From assembly GCF_039654945.1 (NCBI RefSeq), contig NW_027361832.1:1488001-1552000 (forward strand): 64,000 nucleotides of DNA, written 5' to 3'. The position numbers were made by a program, and so were the translations under genes. The DNA comes from Dendrobates tinctorius (Eukaryota). This document shows positions 12,794-24,605 of the stretch, piece by piece (positions within the stretch are counted from its first letter, which is position 1; each line of letters opens with the position of its first letter). The notes beneath the pieces were generated by a model. The model was not told the origin of the DNA and did not search any database. It saw nothing but the letters and a program-made list of their open reading frames with translations.

Positions 12794-12923
12794 CTGGAGA
12801 ATGCTTCTCAAGATGAGACTCCAGCAAAGAAACATCCAGCAAGAATTCAAACCAGGACGTTTGTGGCGGGGTGCACGGACGGCTGGAAGTGGCTGCCTCC
12901 CTGTCTGCTGCCTCGGCACTCAT
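12794..12923 (-). CDS. INTS8: INTS8 first coding exon (MSAEAADREAATSSRPCTPPQTSWFEFLL...); exon extends to the acceptor at 12982
   Basis: N-terminus matches human INTS8 MSAEAADREAATSSRPCTPPQT; GT donor at 12793; TTCTTACTAG acceptor at 12983. Confidence 0.96.
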
Positions 12924-13081
12924 CTTCTTTGCCAGCTGCTTTTCGCTTGCTGCATTTTTCTTTTTCATTTGGTCTGTAGTACCTAGTAAGAAACAGAAGT
13001 TTTAAGCACAGATCAAACACTGCACTGCCAAATAAGGTCTGCTGTTCTCTCAGATAATAAGAGCTGTGTTCAGCCACTTAA

Positions 13082-14691
13082 AGGGAACCTTCCACCATGA
13101 AAATACAGGCTCCATCTTGTAGAGCAGAGCAGCTTGATATACTGCACAATTTTGGGAGAAAATGATGGATGCACGTCGCCGAAAAGCGCGTTGGGACAGT
13201 GCCACCATCACTTGAGCTCTGGTAGGTTTCAAAATGTATTATTTCATGTAACTGTAGTTCAGTAGTGGTAGCTAATTACATTGTAGCAGCGTACTTGGCT
13301 CATATTATGGGCTTGGTGACTATACTTAGTGTGTATGTATTTGCTTTAGATAACTTATGATTTCTTGGTCAGTACTGTGCTGCCCACTATATATGTGTGA
13401 GACTTCAGTACTCATTGGTTATTTTTCTTAATGTTCCTACCTACCATTTGATGGTGCCACTTATTGTGTTTTGGGCTCATCAACATGCACTATTGGCACT
13501 TTTAATGTAGGCTTGCTATGGTTTTAATGTATCAATAAAGATTTATTATTTTTTGTTCAGATTACACTTTTTTGTATGTTCTTACAGGTACCATGTTGTA
13601 GAGCAGAGCAGATTGATATACAGTACAATGTTGGGAGAAAAGATTCAGAACAACTTGTATTTTAATCATTTAATCCTCTAGTCTGAGATTTTCGGTCTAG
13701 TGGGCAGACCTATCAGTGACTGACAGTTATCTCTGGATACATTCTTATATAAAGAAAGTTAAACTCTATAACCAACAGCATAAACCCAGTCTGTTGTAAT
13801 AGTTTCCTTCATGATTAGATTTCAATCCTTTGCATTAAACTCGGAGTATATTCATAATATTCACCATAGTGAGTAAAGATCACAGACTTCGGTGCCACCA
13901 GTCCAATTCCTCCAGGCAACAGCAGATATGTGGAAGCAGAGACGATGTCTGCAGATCCGAGGTCTGCACTTGCGGTGATGTTTCGGGGGTACACCCCCTT
14001 CCTCCAGCACCTTGAGGGCATGCCCCCGAAACGACACGGCAGGTGCAGACCTCGGATCATCAGACAGCGCCTCTGCTTCTACATGCCTGCTTTGCTTGGA
14101 GCATATAGACTGTTTGCACCAAAGTCTGTGTCCTTAATTCACTGTAGTGAATATGGTGAATATTGACTAGGAATACAATCTGAGGTTACTGTAAGATTGA
14201 AATATGGTCATAAAAGGAAACTATAAACAGACTGGATGTGGTTTATGTCATTTATTATACGATTTAGACTTTAAAACAGCGGAGAGGAACGACTGCACAT
14301 AAGGCACATGTGGCATAAGGCCACACTATCAGTATTTGTAAGCCAAAACCAGGAGTGGGTGATAAATGCAGAAGTGGTGACGTGTTTCGATTATACTTTT
14401 CCTCGGATTGTCCCTCACCTGGTTTTGGCGTACAAATAATGTAAAAGACTGAACATGTGAATGTGGTCTTAGTCTGTATATGAGAACAGAATTTGGTAAT
14501 TTTGTTGCACTGTTTATAGAAAGAAAGCTGTCAGTCACTGATCGGACCACTCACAGGACCAAAGATTCCACAAGGAGCAGAAGTAAGTGATTAAACCATG
14601 AGTTATACTGAATCTTTTCTCATAAAGCTATATCGCAATCCGCTCAGCTCCATGAAGCATACTGGACTGCCTTTTCACGGTGAGTTTCCCT
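13082..14691. mobile_element. TTAA-flanked (Kolobok-like) non-autonomous element with nested inserts
   Basis: TTAA-AGGGAAC...GTTTCCCT-TTAA ends; contains a Penelope-like insert (13163-13582), an inverted-repeat element (~13765-14265) and a Harbinger-type MITE (~14320-14468). Confidence 0.65.
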
Positions 14692-15036
14692 TTAAGCGCA
14701 ACTGTCAATCTCAGACAGCAGCAATTAAGCGGAACGATCACATCAAGCCCATTTCCTCAACGTGATCATGGTGTACTGATGGGTTGCTAAAGCAGCTGGG
14801 GGGGGCCTTACAGATGGCACCTGTCGCCATCATCTCTGTAATCCTATGGAGCCCAGCCACAGAACAAAGTACAACTCACTGAAGAGTGAGCATTGCGGAA
14901 ATAAAAAAAATAATATACCGCAGCACTCTAAGTGCTAACATGAATACACACAGACATATGAGAGATTAAATCATCCCCCTCTTCATTGTTGAAAATAAAA
15001 ATGTCATCACTGTGTCCATAAATTTACAATCTATGA

Positions 15037-15805
15037 TAATAGATAACAGAATGGTTTTTAACAGGGAAAAATGCAAAGTACTACATCTGGGCAATAAAAA
15101 TGAAAAAAGCATATACAGAATGGGAGGAATAGGCCTAAGCAACAGCACATGTGAAAAAGATTTGGGTATACTAATAGATCACAGACTGAATGAGTCAACA
15201 GTGTGATGCAGCAGCAAAAAAGGCAAATGCAATTCTAGGATGTATTAACAGAAGCATACAGTCTAGATCATGTGAAGTCATTATTTCCCTCTACTCCTCT
15301 TTGGTCAGACCTCATCTGGAATATTGTGTCCAGTTTTGGGCACCACATTTTAAAAAAGACATCAACAAACTGGAGCAAGTTCAGAAAAGAGCAACCAGAA
15401 TGGTGACCGGTCTGCAAACCCTGTCTTATGAGGAAAGGTTGCAGGATTTGGGATTGTTTAGTTTGCAAAAGAGAAGACTGAGAGGAGACTTAATAGCTGT
15501 CTACAAATATCTCAAGGGCTGTCACATTGTAGAAGGATCAACTTTATTCTCATTTGCACAAGGAAAGACTAGAAGCAATGGGATGAAACTGAATGGGAGG
15601 AGACACAGATTAGATATTAGAAAAAACTTTTTGAGTGATCAATGAGTGGAACAAGCTGCCACAAGAAGTGGTGAGTTCTCCTTCAATGGAAGTCTTCAAA
15701 CAGAGGCTGGACAGACATCTGACTGGGATGATTTAGCGAATCCTGCTTTGAGCAGGGGGTTGGACCAGATGGCCCAGGAGGTCCCTTCCAACTCTACAAT
15801 TCTAT
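15037..15805 (+). mobile_element. CR1 LINE 3' fragment
   Basis: [52 protein letters not shown]; CR1-type 3' end GGTCCCTTCCAAC. Confidence 0.93.
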
Positions 15806-16034
15806 TTAACCTGTATGGCAATTATCAAAGTGAAAAAATATCAAATTGCCATCTTTTCACTTGTCCCCCCACCCCCCACAACTTATAAAAAAAAAAAAAA
15901 AAAAAAAATGCAACAAAGAGCCTTCAATACATCACATGTACTCAAAAGGGTAGGAATAAAAACCATCAGATCACCGCACACAAAACAGCTCCAGCGATGA
16001 GACAAAAATATGGACACGAGTCATTTGGTGAAAC

Positions 16035-17604
16035 CAGAACCGGAGACGTCACCGCCATACTGAGCCAGAGAATCCCACTAAAATATACAGCGCTGTGCAG
16101 GACCGGAGACGCTAGCGCCGTACTGAGCCGGAGAATCCCACTAAAATATACAGCGCTGTGCAGGACCGGAGACGTCTCCGCCGTACTGAGCTGGAGAATC
16201 CCACTAAAATATACAGCGCTGTGCAGGACCGGAGACGTCACCGCCATACTGAGCCAGAGAATCCCACTAAAATATACAGCGCTGTGCAGGACCGGAGCAG
16301 CCAGCGCCGTACTGAGCCGGAGAATCCCACTAAAATATACAGCGCTGTGCAGGACCGGAGCAGCCAGCGCCGTACTGAGCCGGAGAATCCCACTAAAATA
16401 TACAGCGCTGTGCAGGACCAGAGCCGCCAGCGCCGTACTGAGCCGGAGAATCCCACTAAAATATACAGCGCGCTGTGCAGGACCGGAGACGTCAGCGCCG
16501 TACTGAGCCGGAGAATCCCACTAAAATATACAGCGCGCTGTGCAGGACCGGAGACGTCAGCGCCGTACTGAGCCGGAGAATCCCACTAAAATATACAGCG
16601 CGCTGTGCAGGACCGGAGACGTCAGCGCCGTACTGAGCCGGAGAATCCCACTAAAATATACAGCGCGCTGTGCAGGACCGGAGACGTCAGCGCCGTACTG
16701 AGCCGGAGAATCCAACTAAAATATACAGCGCTGTGCAGGACCGGAGACGTCACCGCCGTACTGAGCCGGAGAATCCCACTAAAATATACAGCGCTGTCGA
16801 GGACCGGAGACGTCACCGCCATACTGAGCCAGAGAATCCCACTAAAATATACAGCGCTGTGCAGGACCGGAGCAGCCAGCGCCGTACTGAGCCGGAGAAT
16901 CCCACTAAAATATACAGCGCTGTGCAGGACTGGAGCCGCCAGCGCCGTACTGAGCCGGAGAATCCCACTAAAATATACAGCGCTGTGCAGGACCGGAGCA
17001 GCCAGCGCCGTACTGAGCCGGAGAATCCCACTAAAATATACAGCGCTGTGCAGGACCGGAGCAGCCAGCGCCGTACTGAGCCGGAGAATCCCACTAAAAT
17101 ATACAGCGCTGTGCAGGACCAGAGCCGCCAGCGCCGTACTGAGCCGGAGAATCCCACTAAAATATACAGCGCGCTGTGCAGGACCGGAGACGTCAGCGCC
17201 GTACTGAGCCGGAGAATCCCACTAAAATATACAGCGCGCTGTGCAGGACCGGAGACGTCAGCGCCGTACTGAGCCGGAGAATCCCACTAAAATATACAGC
17301 GCGCTGTGCAGGACCGGAGACGTCACCGCCGTACTGAGCCGGAGAATCCCACTAAAATATACAGCGCGCTGTGCAGGACCGGAGACGTCACCGCCGTACT
17401 GAGCCGGAGAATCCCACTAAAATATACAGCGCTGTGCAGGACCGGAGCCGCCAGCGCCGTACTGAGCCGGAGAATCCCACTAAAATATACAGCGCTGTGC
17501 AGGACCGGAGCAGCCAGCGCCGTACTGAGCCGGAGAATCCCACTAAAATATACAGCGCGCTGTGCAGGACCGGAGACGTCAGCGCCGTACTGAGCCGGAG
17601 AATC
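16035..17604. repeat. 63/65-bp CpG-rich minisatellite, ~24-25 copies
   Basis: Unit GTGCAGGACCGGAGACGTCAGCGCCGTACTGAGCCGGAGAATCCCACTAAAATATACAGCGCT; variants recur at a ~701-bp higher-order offset. Confidence 0.97.
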
Positions 17605-18049
17605 AGGTCACTTTTACTGGAAAATAAACGAGAAAAAAACTGTGGCGTTGCGCTTCAATTAACCATGTCACCGCATTTGGAAACTTTTTTCCCCCCATTT
17701 TTCAGTACATTCTCTGATAAAATGAATATTGCCCTTCAGAACAATGACTCATTCCACAAAAAAAACAAAAAACATCACAAGTCCTCAAAACAACTATGTG
17801 CATGGAAACCTAAAAAGTTACATCTCTTGGAATAAAAGAGAAAAAAAAAGTAGATAAATTGCGAAAAAATAAAAGTGACCCCAGGAGGATGGGGTTAAAA
17901 GCTGAGGCCGCTCACAACACCGGAGCCGTGACTACACTCAGGCTGACAACCAGCAAACACACGACAGGCAGGAAATGAGCCGCCGCGGTGTCAGCCCCGG
18001 AAAATGAATGGGAAATAATCATTTGTGAACGCACACGCAGAAATAAAGT

Positions 18050-18309
18050 TGCAGACTCGCCACACAGGCGCCGGCCGCTCCCACACACCTCCGCTCCTCA
18101 CTCTCCGCCGACCACTCACCTTCTACCGACGATATACAGGAATTATCAGCTGCGGTATAAACCTGCCCGGCGCCTGTCCGACGACGTCACCACCAGCGCT
18201 CACGTGATCACAACACCGGCGCGGGCCGATGACGTTGTGATTCCAAGTTCTAAACTTTTCCGCCAATAGGTGGTGAGGATCGGGCCACGCCCCCGGGGGT
18301 GACATTGTC
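18050..18309. promoter_or_regulatory. CpG-rich bidirectional promoter shared by INTS8 and NDUFAF6
   Basis: Divergent genes <200 bp apart; CRE-like GACGTCA (~18185), E-box TCACGTGA (~18200), TGACGT (~18230), CCAAT (~18263), GC box CCACGCCC (~18285). Confidence 0.75.
18120..18180 (-). other. INTS8: Putative non-coding first exon of INTS8 (transcription start not defined)
   Basis: Consensus donor AAG|GTGAGT on the minus strand at 18119 within the CpG island; the ATG-containing exon has an acceptor that needs an upstream exon. Confidence 0.65.
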
Positions 18310-18419
18310 ATGGCTCTCAGAGCCGCACTGCGCTCCCGTTCACACCTGATTCCATGCAGCTGCCGGGGCAAGAGCGGACGGGCTGCGGCATCTGCTGCCT
18401 ACTGTGCGGAGCTGGTCAG
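18310..18419 (+). CDS. NDUFAF6: NDUFAF6 exon 1 (mitochondrial-targeting-like MALRAALRSRSH...YCAELVR)
   Basis: ATG in good Kozak context; Arg/Ala/Ser-rich leader; YCAELVR resembles human YCLELLR; phase-2 donor joins exon 2 in frame. Confidence 0.88.
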
Positions 18420-18644
18420 GTACAGTGATGACGCTGTGTACAGGGCTGTGCGCCGACATACTGCCGTGAGTTCATTCATTGTCACCTCCCTCTGTATAAA
18501 CCAGCAGACTTGCAGTCCCCATGTACAACCTAGCAGGTCCCGGTGTTGGCTTACATTTCTGCCTTACTTAGAGGGGTTGTCCATTATCACAGATTACTGC
18601 TCCACAGAGACAAGAGCGCTGCCACTGATCCGGTATTTATCATT

Positions 18645-18940
18645 ACATCAGCGCTGCAGCCCATCGCAGAGCGCAGCCCGTCGCAGAGCGCGGCCCATCG
18701 CAGAGCGCGGCCCATCGCAGAGCGCGGCCCATCGCAGAGCTCGGCCCATCGCAGAGCTCGGCCCATCACAGCGCTGCAGCCCATCGCAGAGCGCGGCCCA
18801 TCGCAGAGCTCGGCCCATCACAGCGCTGCAGCCCATCGCAGAGCGCAGCCCGTCGCAGTGCGCGGCCCATCGCAGAGCGCGGCCCATCGCAGAGCGCGGC
18901 CCATCGCAGAGCTCGGCCCATCGCAGAGCGCAGCCCATCG
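18645..18940. repeat. 17-bp GC-rich minisatellite (CCCATCGCAGAGCGCGG), ~17 copies, NDUFAF6 intron 1
   Basis: Direct tandem periodicity. Confidence 0.95.
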
Positions 18941-20028
18941 TGCCGTTTACATCAGCCGCTTAGCTTAGTGACTGGCTGCAGGGCTGTCAACCTGGTGTCA
19001 TTGCTGCAGCCGATCAACAAATACCAGAGCAGTGACGAGAGGCAGCGTTGGATCACCGGAGGGCTTTTAGACGCTCCCTGAACCCTTGGGGCAGTAATCT
19101 GTCACGGGCGACAACCCTATTAAAGAGGCTCTGTCACCAGATTTCACAATACAAACTGCGCATGTCACTAAGTAGATCTCTTAGACCTGATGAGGCCGGT
19201 TTACTTACTCTGATAACCCACGCCATTACGGCTCTATAATCTTTTAGGAATGTTGAATTCTCCACCTCTGGAGTCTGACAGCCCTTCAGTGTCCCTCCTC
19301 CCTGCTGAGACCTCCCCCTGCTCTGTATAAGCTGCAGCTGTCAGCCTGGGTGTATGTGGATGGAGCCTGAAGCTATTTCATTCTATAGCTGGACTGTATA
19401 TCAGGATTAGGGTGCAGGCAACCGCAATGCTCAGACTGGCTGGCGACTGACCCAACCCGACCCGATTTTTACGGCTTCATGTATTTCTATGCACCCGGGT
19501 CGGGAGAGGCTGCTGCCAGTCTGATTTATACAGCCATCTGACTGCGTCCCTATTCTGACATAGATTTTAAAAGTAAGTACACTAATCCCATCAGGTCTAA
19601 GACATCTATGTAATAATGGATGTAGGTTGCCTGCAGTGTTATCAGTGCCTTTCACCTCCTGATGCAGAAGTGAGCAACCTTTTTAAGGAGGCCATATACA
19701 TTAACCCATTCATGACTTGGCTGTTTTTGCTCTTTTTTTTTCCTCTTCCTTCTTTCAAGATCCATCTTCTTTTTTGTTTTTCCTTTTGACGCAGCCTTTG
19801 CCGGTTGTGATTTTGAAGGACGCCCTTTGTTTTACCATACATTGTGTTGTAAAAAAAAAATTCTGAGATTTTTTTTTCCCTTAAAATGTTGAAATTGAAT
19901 TGTGCACCCCAGTGTGGACAGCGACCGATGTTCCTGGTTACCTTCTGTGCAGCGACACCACATATACGTCACTGGAATATATTCATCATTGCATCTTTAA
20001 TAATTCCTTTTCTTTTCTGATTTCTCAG

Positions 20029-20128
20029 GAAGCGGGATTATGAAGGATTTCTCTGCACGCTGCTCCTGCCGGGTGAATCCCAGAGTTCAGGATTTGCACT
20101 ACGAGCCTTCAATATAGAACTGTCCCAG
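20029..20128 (+). CDS. NDUFAF6: NDUFAF6 exon 2 ([14 protein letters not shown]...[11 protein letters not shown]), GC donor
   Basis: Matches human KRDYEGYLCSLLLP...ALRAFNVELAQ; only the CAG|GCAGGT donor keeps the frame. Confidence 0.93.
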
Positions 20129-20647
20129 GCAGGTGTTCTAGTGTCAGTGCTCATACCCTTGCTGCAGATGACTGACCTGCAGGGGGCGTTATTATTATTA
20201 TTGGGCGTTGGATCACAGCCAGTGACATGATAGATCGTACTGACTCCATTGACTTCTGATGACGTCTATCAGCATTTGTCACGGAGTGCAGAGAACGCTA
20301 GCAGGGGTGGCCATGTCATTGGTGCAAAATGTGAGGCTGCTCAGGGTTCCAGGAGGTAAGGGGCCCATTTCTGCCTCCAAAGCAGGCACAATTTTGCATT
20401 TGTAGAGGCTCTTGGGCTGCAAAAGGCTCATTTAGTGCTTTTGCACAGGGGTCCTTTTCTGTCTGTATCCATCAGTGGCTGTTTGCTGTGTTATTATCAT
20501 TCATCAGATGTGATCACATCTACGATAATTAGCACATGCTGTTCTAGAGTTAGTCACAGGGGGTCCAAGCACCACGAGGAGCATCTGTTGCTCTGTAAGA
20601 CCTAATTTAGCAATTAATTTCATGAACAGAAATCGATTGGTGGTAAC

Positions 20648-20946
20648 TAGTGATGCGCGAACGTACTCTGATAAGGTATTAGCCGATCATGCTCGAGTGG
20701 TAGAGTGTCTTCGGTGCGCTCAAATACTATGTTTGACTGCCCATGTCACCTGGTTGTCTAGCGGCTGTTCAACAGCTACAACACATGCAGGCATTACCTA
20801 ACAGACAGGGAATCCCTGCATGTGTTGTGGCTGTTGAACAGCAGCGAGACATATAGGACTCGAACATAGTATTAGAGCTCTGAAGGCACTCTACCACACG
20901 AGCATGCTTGGATAACACCTTATCCGAGCACGTTCGCTCATCGCTA
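20648..20946. mobile_element. hAT-like MITE
   Basis: TIR TAGTGATGCGCGAACGT / ACGTTCGCTCATCGCTA; 8-bp TSD GTGGTAAC / GTGGTCAC. Confidence 0.85.
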
Positions 20947-21961
20947 GTGGTCACTTAGAAAGCCCCCCCGGCTCTTGCAGGGCATAATCCATTTTCAATT
21001 GTTAAATATGCTGTTGGACCGCACTCATTAGTAAAGGGGAAAAGTCATTAAAGTAATGAAATGTTGGACTTGATGTCACCTCTGGGTTATCTTGTCAGTG
21101 ATGGTCTTGACCCTGGTGCAAATTTTCGAAATGCTAAGACTTTCTTGGAGCTGTCAAAAGTTACTTGTCCTGGGCGCAAAAAACAAATGTGGCTCCTGAA
21201 CCACTTGTTTGGGACAGTGCATTTATTTTGATAAGGGGACAACCTTCAAGAAGGGATGCTGTCAGCCGTTTCATGCTGCCCAAACCCTGGGCAGTATAAA
21301 TCAGAGCCGGGCTGCGTGATTGCAGTCAGGTTTGGTTTCCTCTGAAAGGCTGCGGCAAGTCCGATGGCGTCCCCGGCGGCTTCGACTGGCACTGCTCCAG
21401 GTGATTGACAGGTCTCAACCGATGTGTAGACATGGGAGATACATTTGGGGTAGGGAAAAGCCTCACCAGACTAGTCCCATTTATTCGTGCAATCCCCGGC
21501 TGGCTCTTTAAACTATGTTTTCTCTGAAGCGTCGGAGCTTTTCATAGTAAAACATACTCTCCATCAATTGTAGATTCAAGATCTGATACTTGCTGCCCAT
21601 AGTTCAGGCAGAATGAATATAATGTCAGGTTTCTTTTTAATGTAAACCCGCTGGTCATACAAAACATTTAGCATTTAAAGAAAACCTATCACTTCTGAAA
21701 ACACAAAGATGACAATAAATTAAATTCTAAGACATTTTTTTTTCGAGTACATGTAACTAGCTAATCAGGTGATTCCTCTCTGTTAAAGGGACGTGGGTTG
21801 TCCTTGTATACTACTAGACCAGATAAAGGAGGAAGATACAGCTGCATCCTATATAGGGTTAATCTGAAACTGGAGGATATGGCTGTTTCTAAAGGCGCAA
21901 TCTGCTAGAGGGGGTAGTAGCTGCTTGTAAAGGGTAGGAACCTATGTTACACTGCTTCCTA

Positions 21962-22988
21962 CAGTGGGTACGGAAAGTATTCAGACCCCTTTAAATTTTT
22001 ACTCTTTGTTTCATTGCATCCATTTGGTAAATTCAAAAAAGCGCACTTTTTTTCTCATTAATGTACACTCTGCACCCCATCTTGACTGAAAAAAAACAAA
22101 CGTAGAATTTTTTGCAAATTTATTAAAAAAGAAAGACTGAAATATCACATGGTCATAAGTATTCAGACCCTTTGCTCAGACACTCATTTAAGTCACATGC
22201 TGTCCATTTCCTTGTGATCCTCCTTGAGATGGTTCTACTCCTTCATTGGAGTCCAGCTGTGTTTAAGTAAACTGATAGGACTTGATTTGTAAAGGCGCAC
22301 ACCTGTCTATATAAGACCTCACAGCTCACAGTGCATGTCAGACCAAATGAGAATCATGAGGTCAAAGGAACTGGCCAAGGAGCTCAGAGACAGTCATGAT
22401 TAATGGAGCTTAGTCTCCAGAAGCGCGTCAATATCACCACTTGTCTTGCACTGTGCTGAAGATTTTATCCTCTATGTAAGAAGTTTTGATGAATAAAATT
22501 TGGCTTTCACTAATTTGTTGAGCTGGGCGCTTTTCTTTTGGATGAAAACCTCTTCCAGAGCCCTGACCTAAACCCAATTGAGCATCTCTGGAGAGACCTG
22601 AAAATGTCTGTCCTCCAACGTTCACCATCCAACCTGACGGAACTGGAGAGGATCTGCAAGGAAGAATGGCAGAGGATCCCCAAATCCAGGTGTGAAAAAC
22701 TTGTTGCATCATTCCCAAGAAGACTCATGGCTGTACTAGCTCAAAAGGTGCTTCTACTCAATACTGAGCAAAGGGTCTGAATACTTATGACCATGTGATA
22801 TTTCAGTTTTTCTTTTTTCCTAAATTTGCAAACATTTCTACATTTCTGGGTTTTTTTTCAGTCAAGATGGGGAGCAGAGTGTACATTTAATGAGGGAAAA
22901 AAATGAACTTTTTTGAATTTATCAAATGGCTGCAATGAAACAAAGAGTGAAAAATGTAAAGGGGTCTGAATACTTTCCGTAAACACTG
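21962..22988 (+). mobile_element. Internally deleted Tc1-like transposon with long IR/DR ends
   Basis: TA TSD; ~200-bp inverted repeats with AAGTATTCAGACCC direct repeats; transposase remnants MRSKELAKELRD and SPDLNPIEHLWRDLK. Confidence 0.93.
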
Positions 22989-23947
22989 TATATATCAATA
23001 TCCATCCTGGAGACAGCAGTACAGATCTCTCCTGTGTTTCCATACTGCACACCAAGTCTCACACCACAAAGTGTTATCTCCCAGTCCAGATGCAGAAAGC
23101 GTCTAGCTGTTGGACCTCCACTGATCTGGATGTCAAGGATAGGTTGATAGCTTCTTCTCAGTGGACAACCCTTTTTCCTGCTAGTTGTGGGCTATGATAA
23201 GCTATACTGTTGTATTGCAAAAAAATTGCATCACCCATGGTCTTAAAGGGTTGGTCCTCTTCAACTTCATGTTTTAGGGGTGGAGATGACAAGATTTTGT
23301 GGCCCTTACTATTATATACTGTAAGTATTGAAAGTTCTCCTCCTTCCTCACAGACTCTACAGTTCTCCTGTTCTCACAGACGCTACTGATGGAGGAGCAT
23401 GTGAGCCGACCTGTCCATCTGTCTCTCTCAGTTCAGAAACCTTTTCCCCATCTGCAGGGATTTTTAATTGGAGAGGAATGATGGGCAGGTCTGGTTACAG
23501 GTGCAGGTCGGAGAGGCTATAAGGGGCCGTTCACATTGCATTTTGGCCCTTCCATCAGTTGTTCTGTCTGAACCTCTGACGGAGCCATACAGAGCAATGA
23601 GCCAGAGCGTTCACATGGACTCGCTTTGTTTTTGCTTCAGTTTTAGACTTAAAGAACATAATTACGTTCTTGTGTCCTGCTGGAAATGTTGTTAGTTTGA
23701 ACTCGACTGAATCCTATTTTTTGGGGGGTGTGGGGGATTCCAGAGAAATCTTTATGAAAGTTCCAAAAACGCAATAAAACATAAAGATCGTGTTTCCAAC
23801 CCATCTGCCTAAAGGTTTGTCCAAATTTTTTTTTAAAGCACAAAATATGAGGAGTTGAGATGATTGATTTCCATCACCGTCACACCCTGTCCCCTTATTT
23901 AAAATGTAATTTTTCTTACATTGTTTTTTTTACATTTTTCTCTTAAG

Positions 23948-24070
23948 GTGAAAGATTCGGTATCTCAGAAGAATCTCGGGCTGATGAGGATGCAGTTCTG
24001 GAGGGAGAGTATTGATGACATATACAAGGAGGATCCTCCACATCACCCTGTAGCTCTCGAACTGTGCAAG
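23948..24070 (+). CDS. NDUFAF6: NDUFAF6 exon 3 ([18 protein letters not shown]...VALELCK)
   Basis: Matches human [18 protein letters not shown]; 123 nt, AG/GT. Confidence 0.96.
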
Positions 24071-24548
24071 GTACCTTCATTTACGACTCCTTCACAATCA
24101 CTGTGTCTGTGATCACTATAGAAATGTGGAACACGCAAGATCCATGACTAAAGGTGGAGGGCAGTTCATTGCAGCAAATTACAGGTACTAAAACCCCACA
24201 GATCTTCTTGCATAAAGAACTTAATGTGTCACCCACATTTAATACAGACCTTGTAGAGGGAGTAAGCACCTGCCGCTCCCCATCATTATGGCACTGCCAG
24301 AGATTGCCGAGTATTGCTCACAGTCCTATAAGGAAAGATGCCCAACCTTGACTGTATTTAAATGGGACAGAAATCCCCTTTTTTGGGGCGAAAGGAGGAG
24401 CAAACCCTCACAGATTTGGTAGCTACTTAAATATCTGTTTTTTTCCAGTGTTTTTCTCTCAAAGAATAGATGGGGAGGAGCGATGGTGAGGAGGAGTGAT
24501 ACGTCTTAGCCTGTATTGTAACTGATAACTGTTTTTTATTGTTATTAG

Positions 24549-24605
24549 GCTGTTCAGAAGCACAAGCTGACAAAAAGATGGCTGACCAGAGTTATCGACG
24601 AGAGG
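24549..24605 (+). CDS. NDUFAF6: NDUFAF6 exon 4 (AVQKHKLTKRWLTRVIDER)
   Basis: Matches human AVKRHNLTKRWLMKIVDER; 57 nt, AG/GTGAGT. Confidence 0.95.

Noticed and set aside
15966-17835. Repetitive ORFs and CRISPR-like periodicity
   Set aside because: Units abut directly with no unique spacers, there are no cas genes and the context is eukaryotic; it is a minisatellite
18310-18963. 217-aa ORF as a single-exon gene
   Set aside because: Only the first 110 nt are NDUFAF6 exon 1; the rest is intron read-through into the 17-bp repeat
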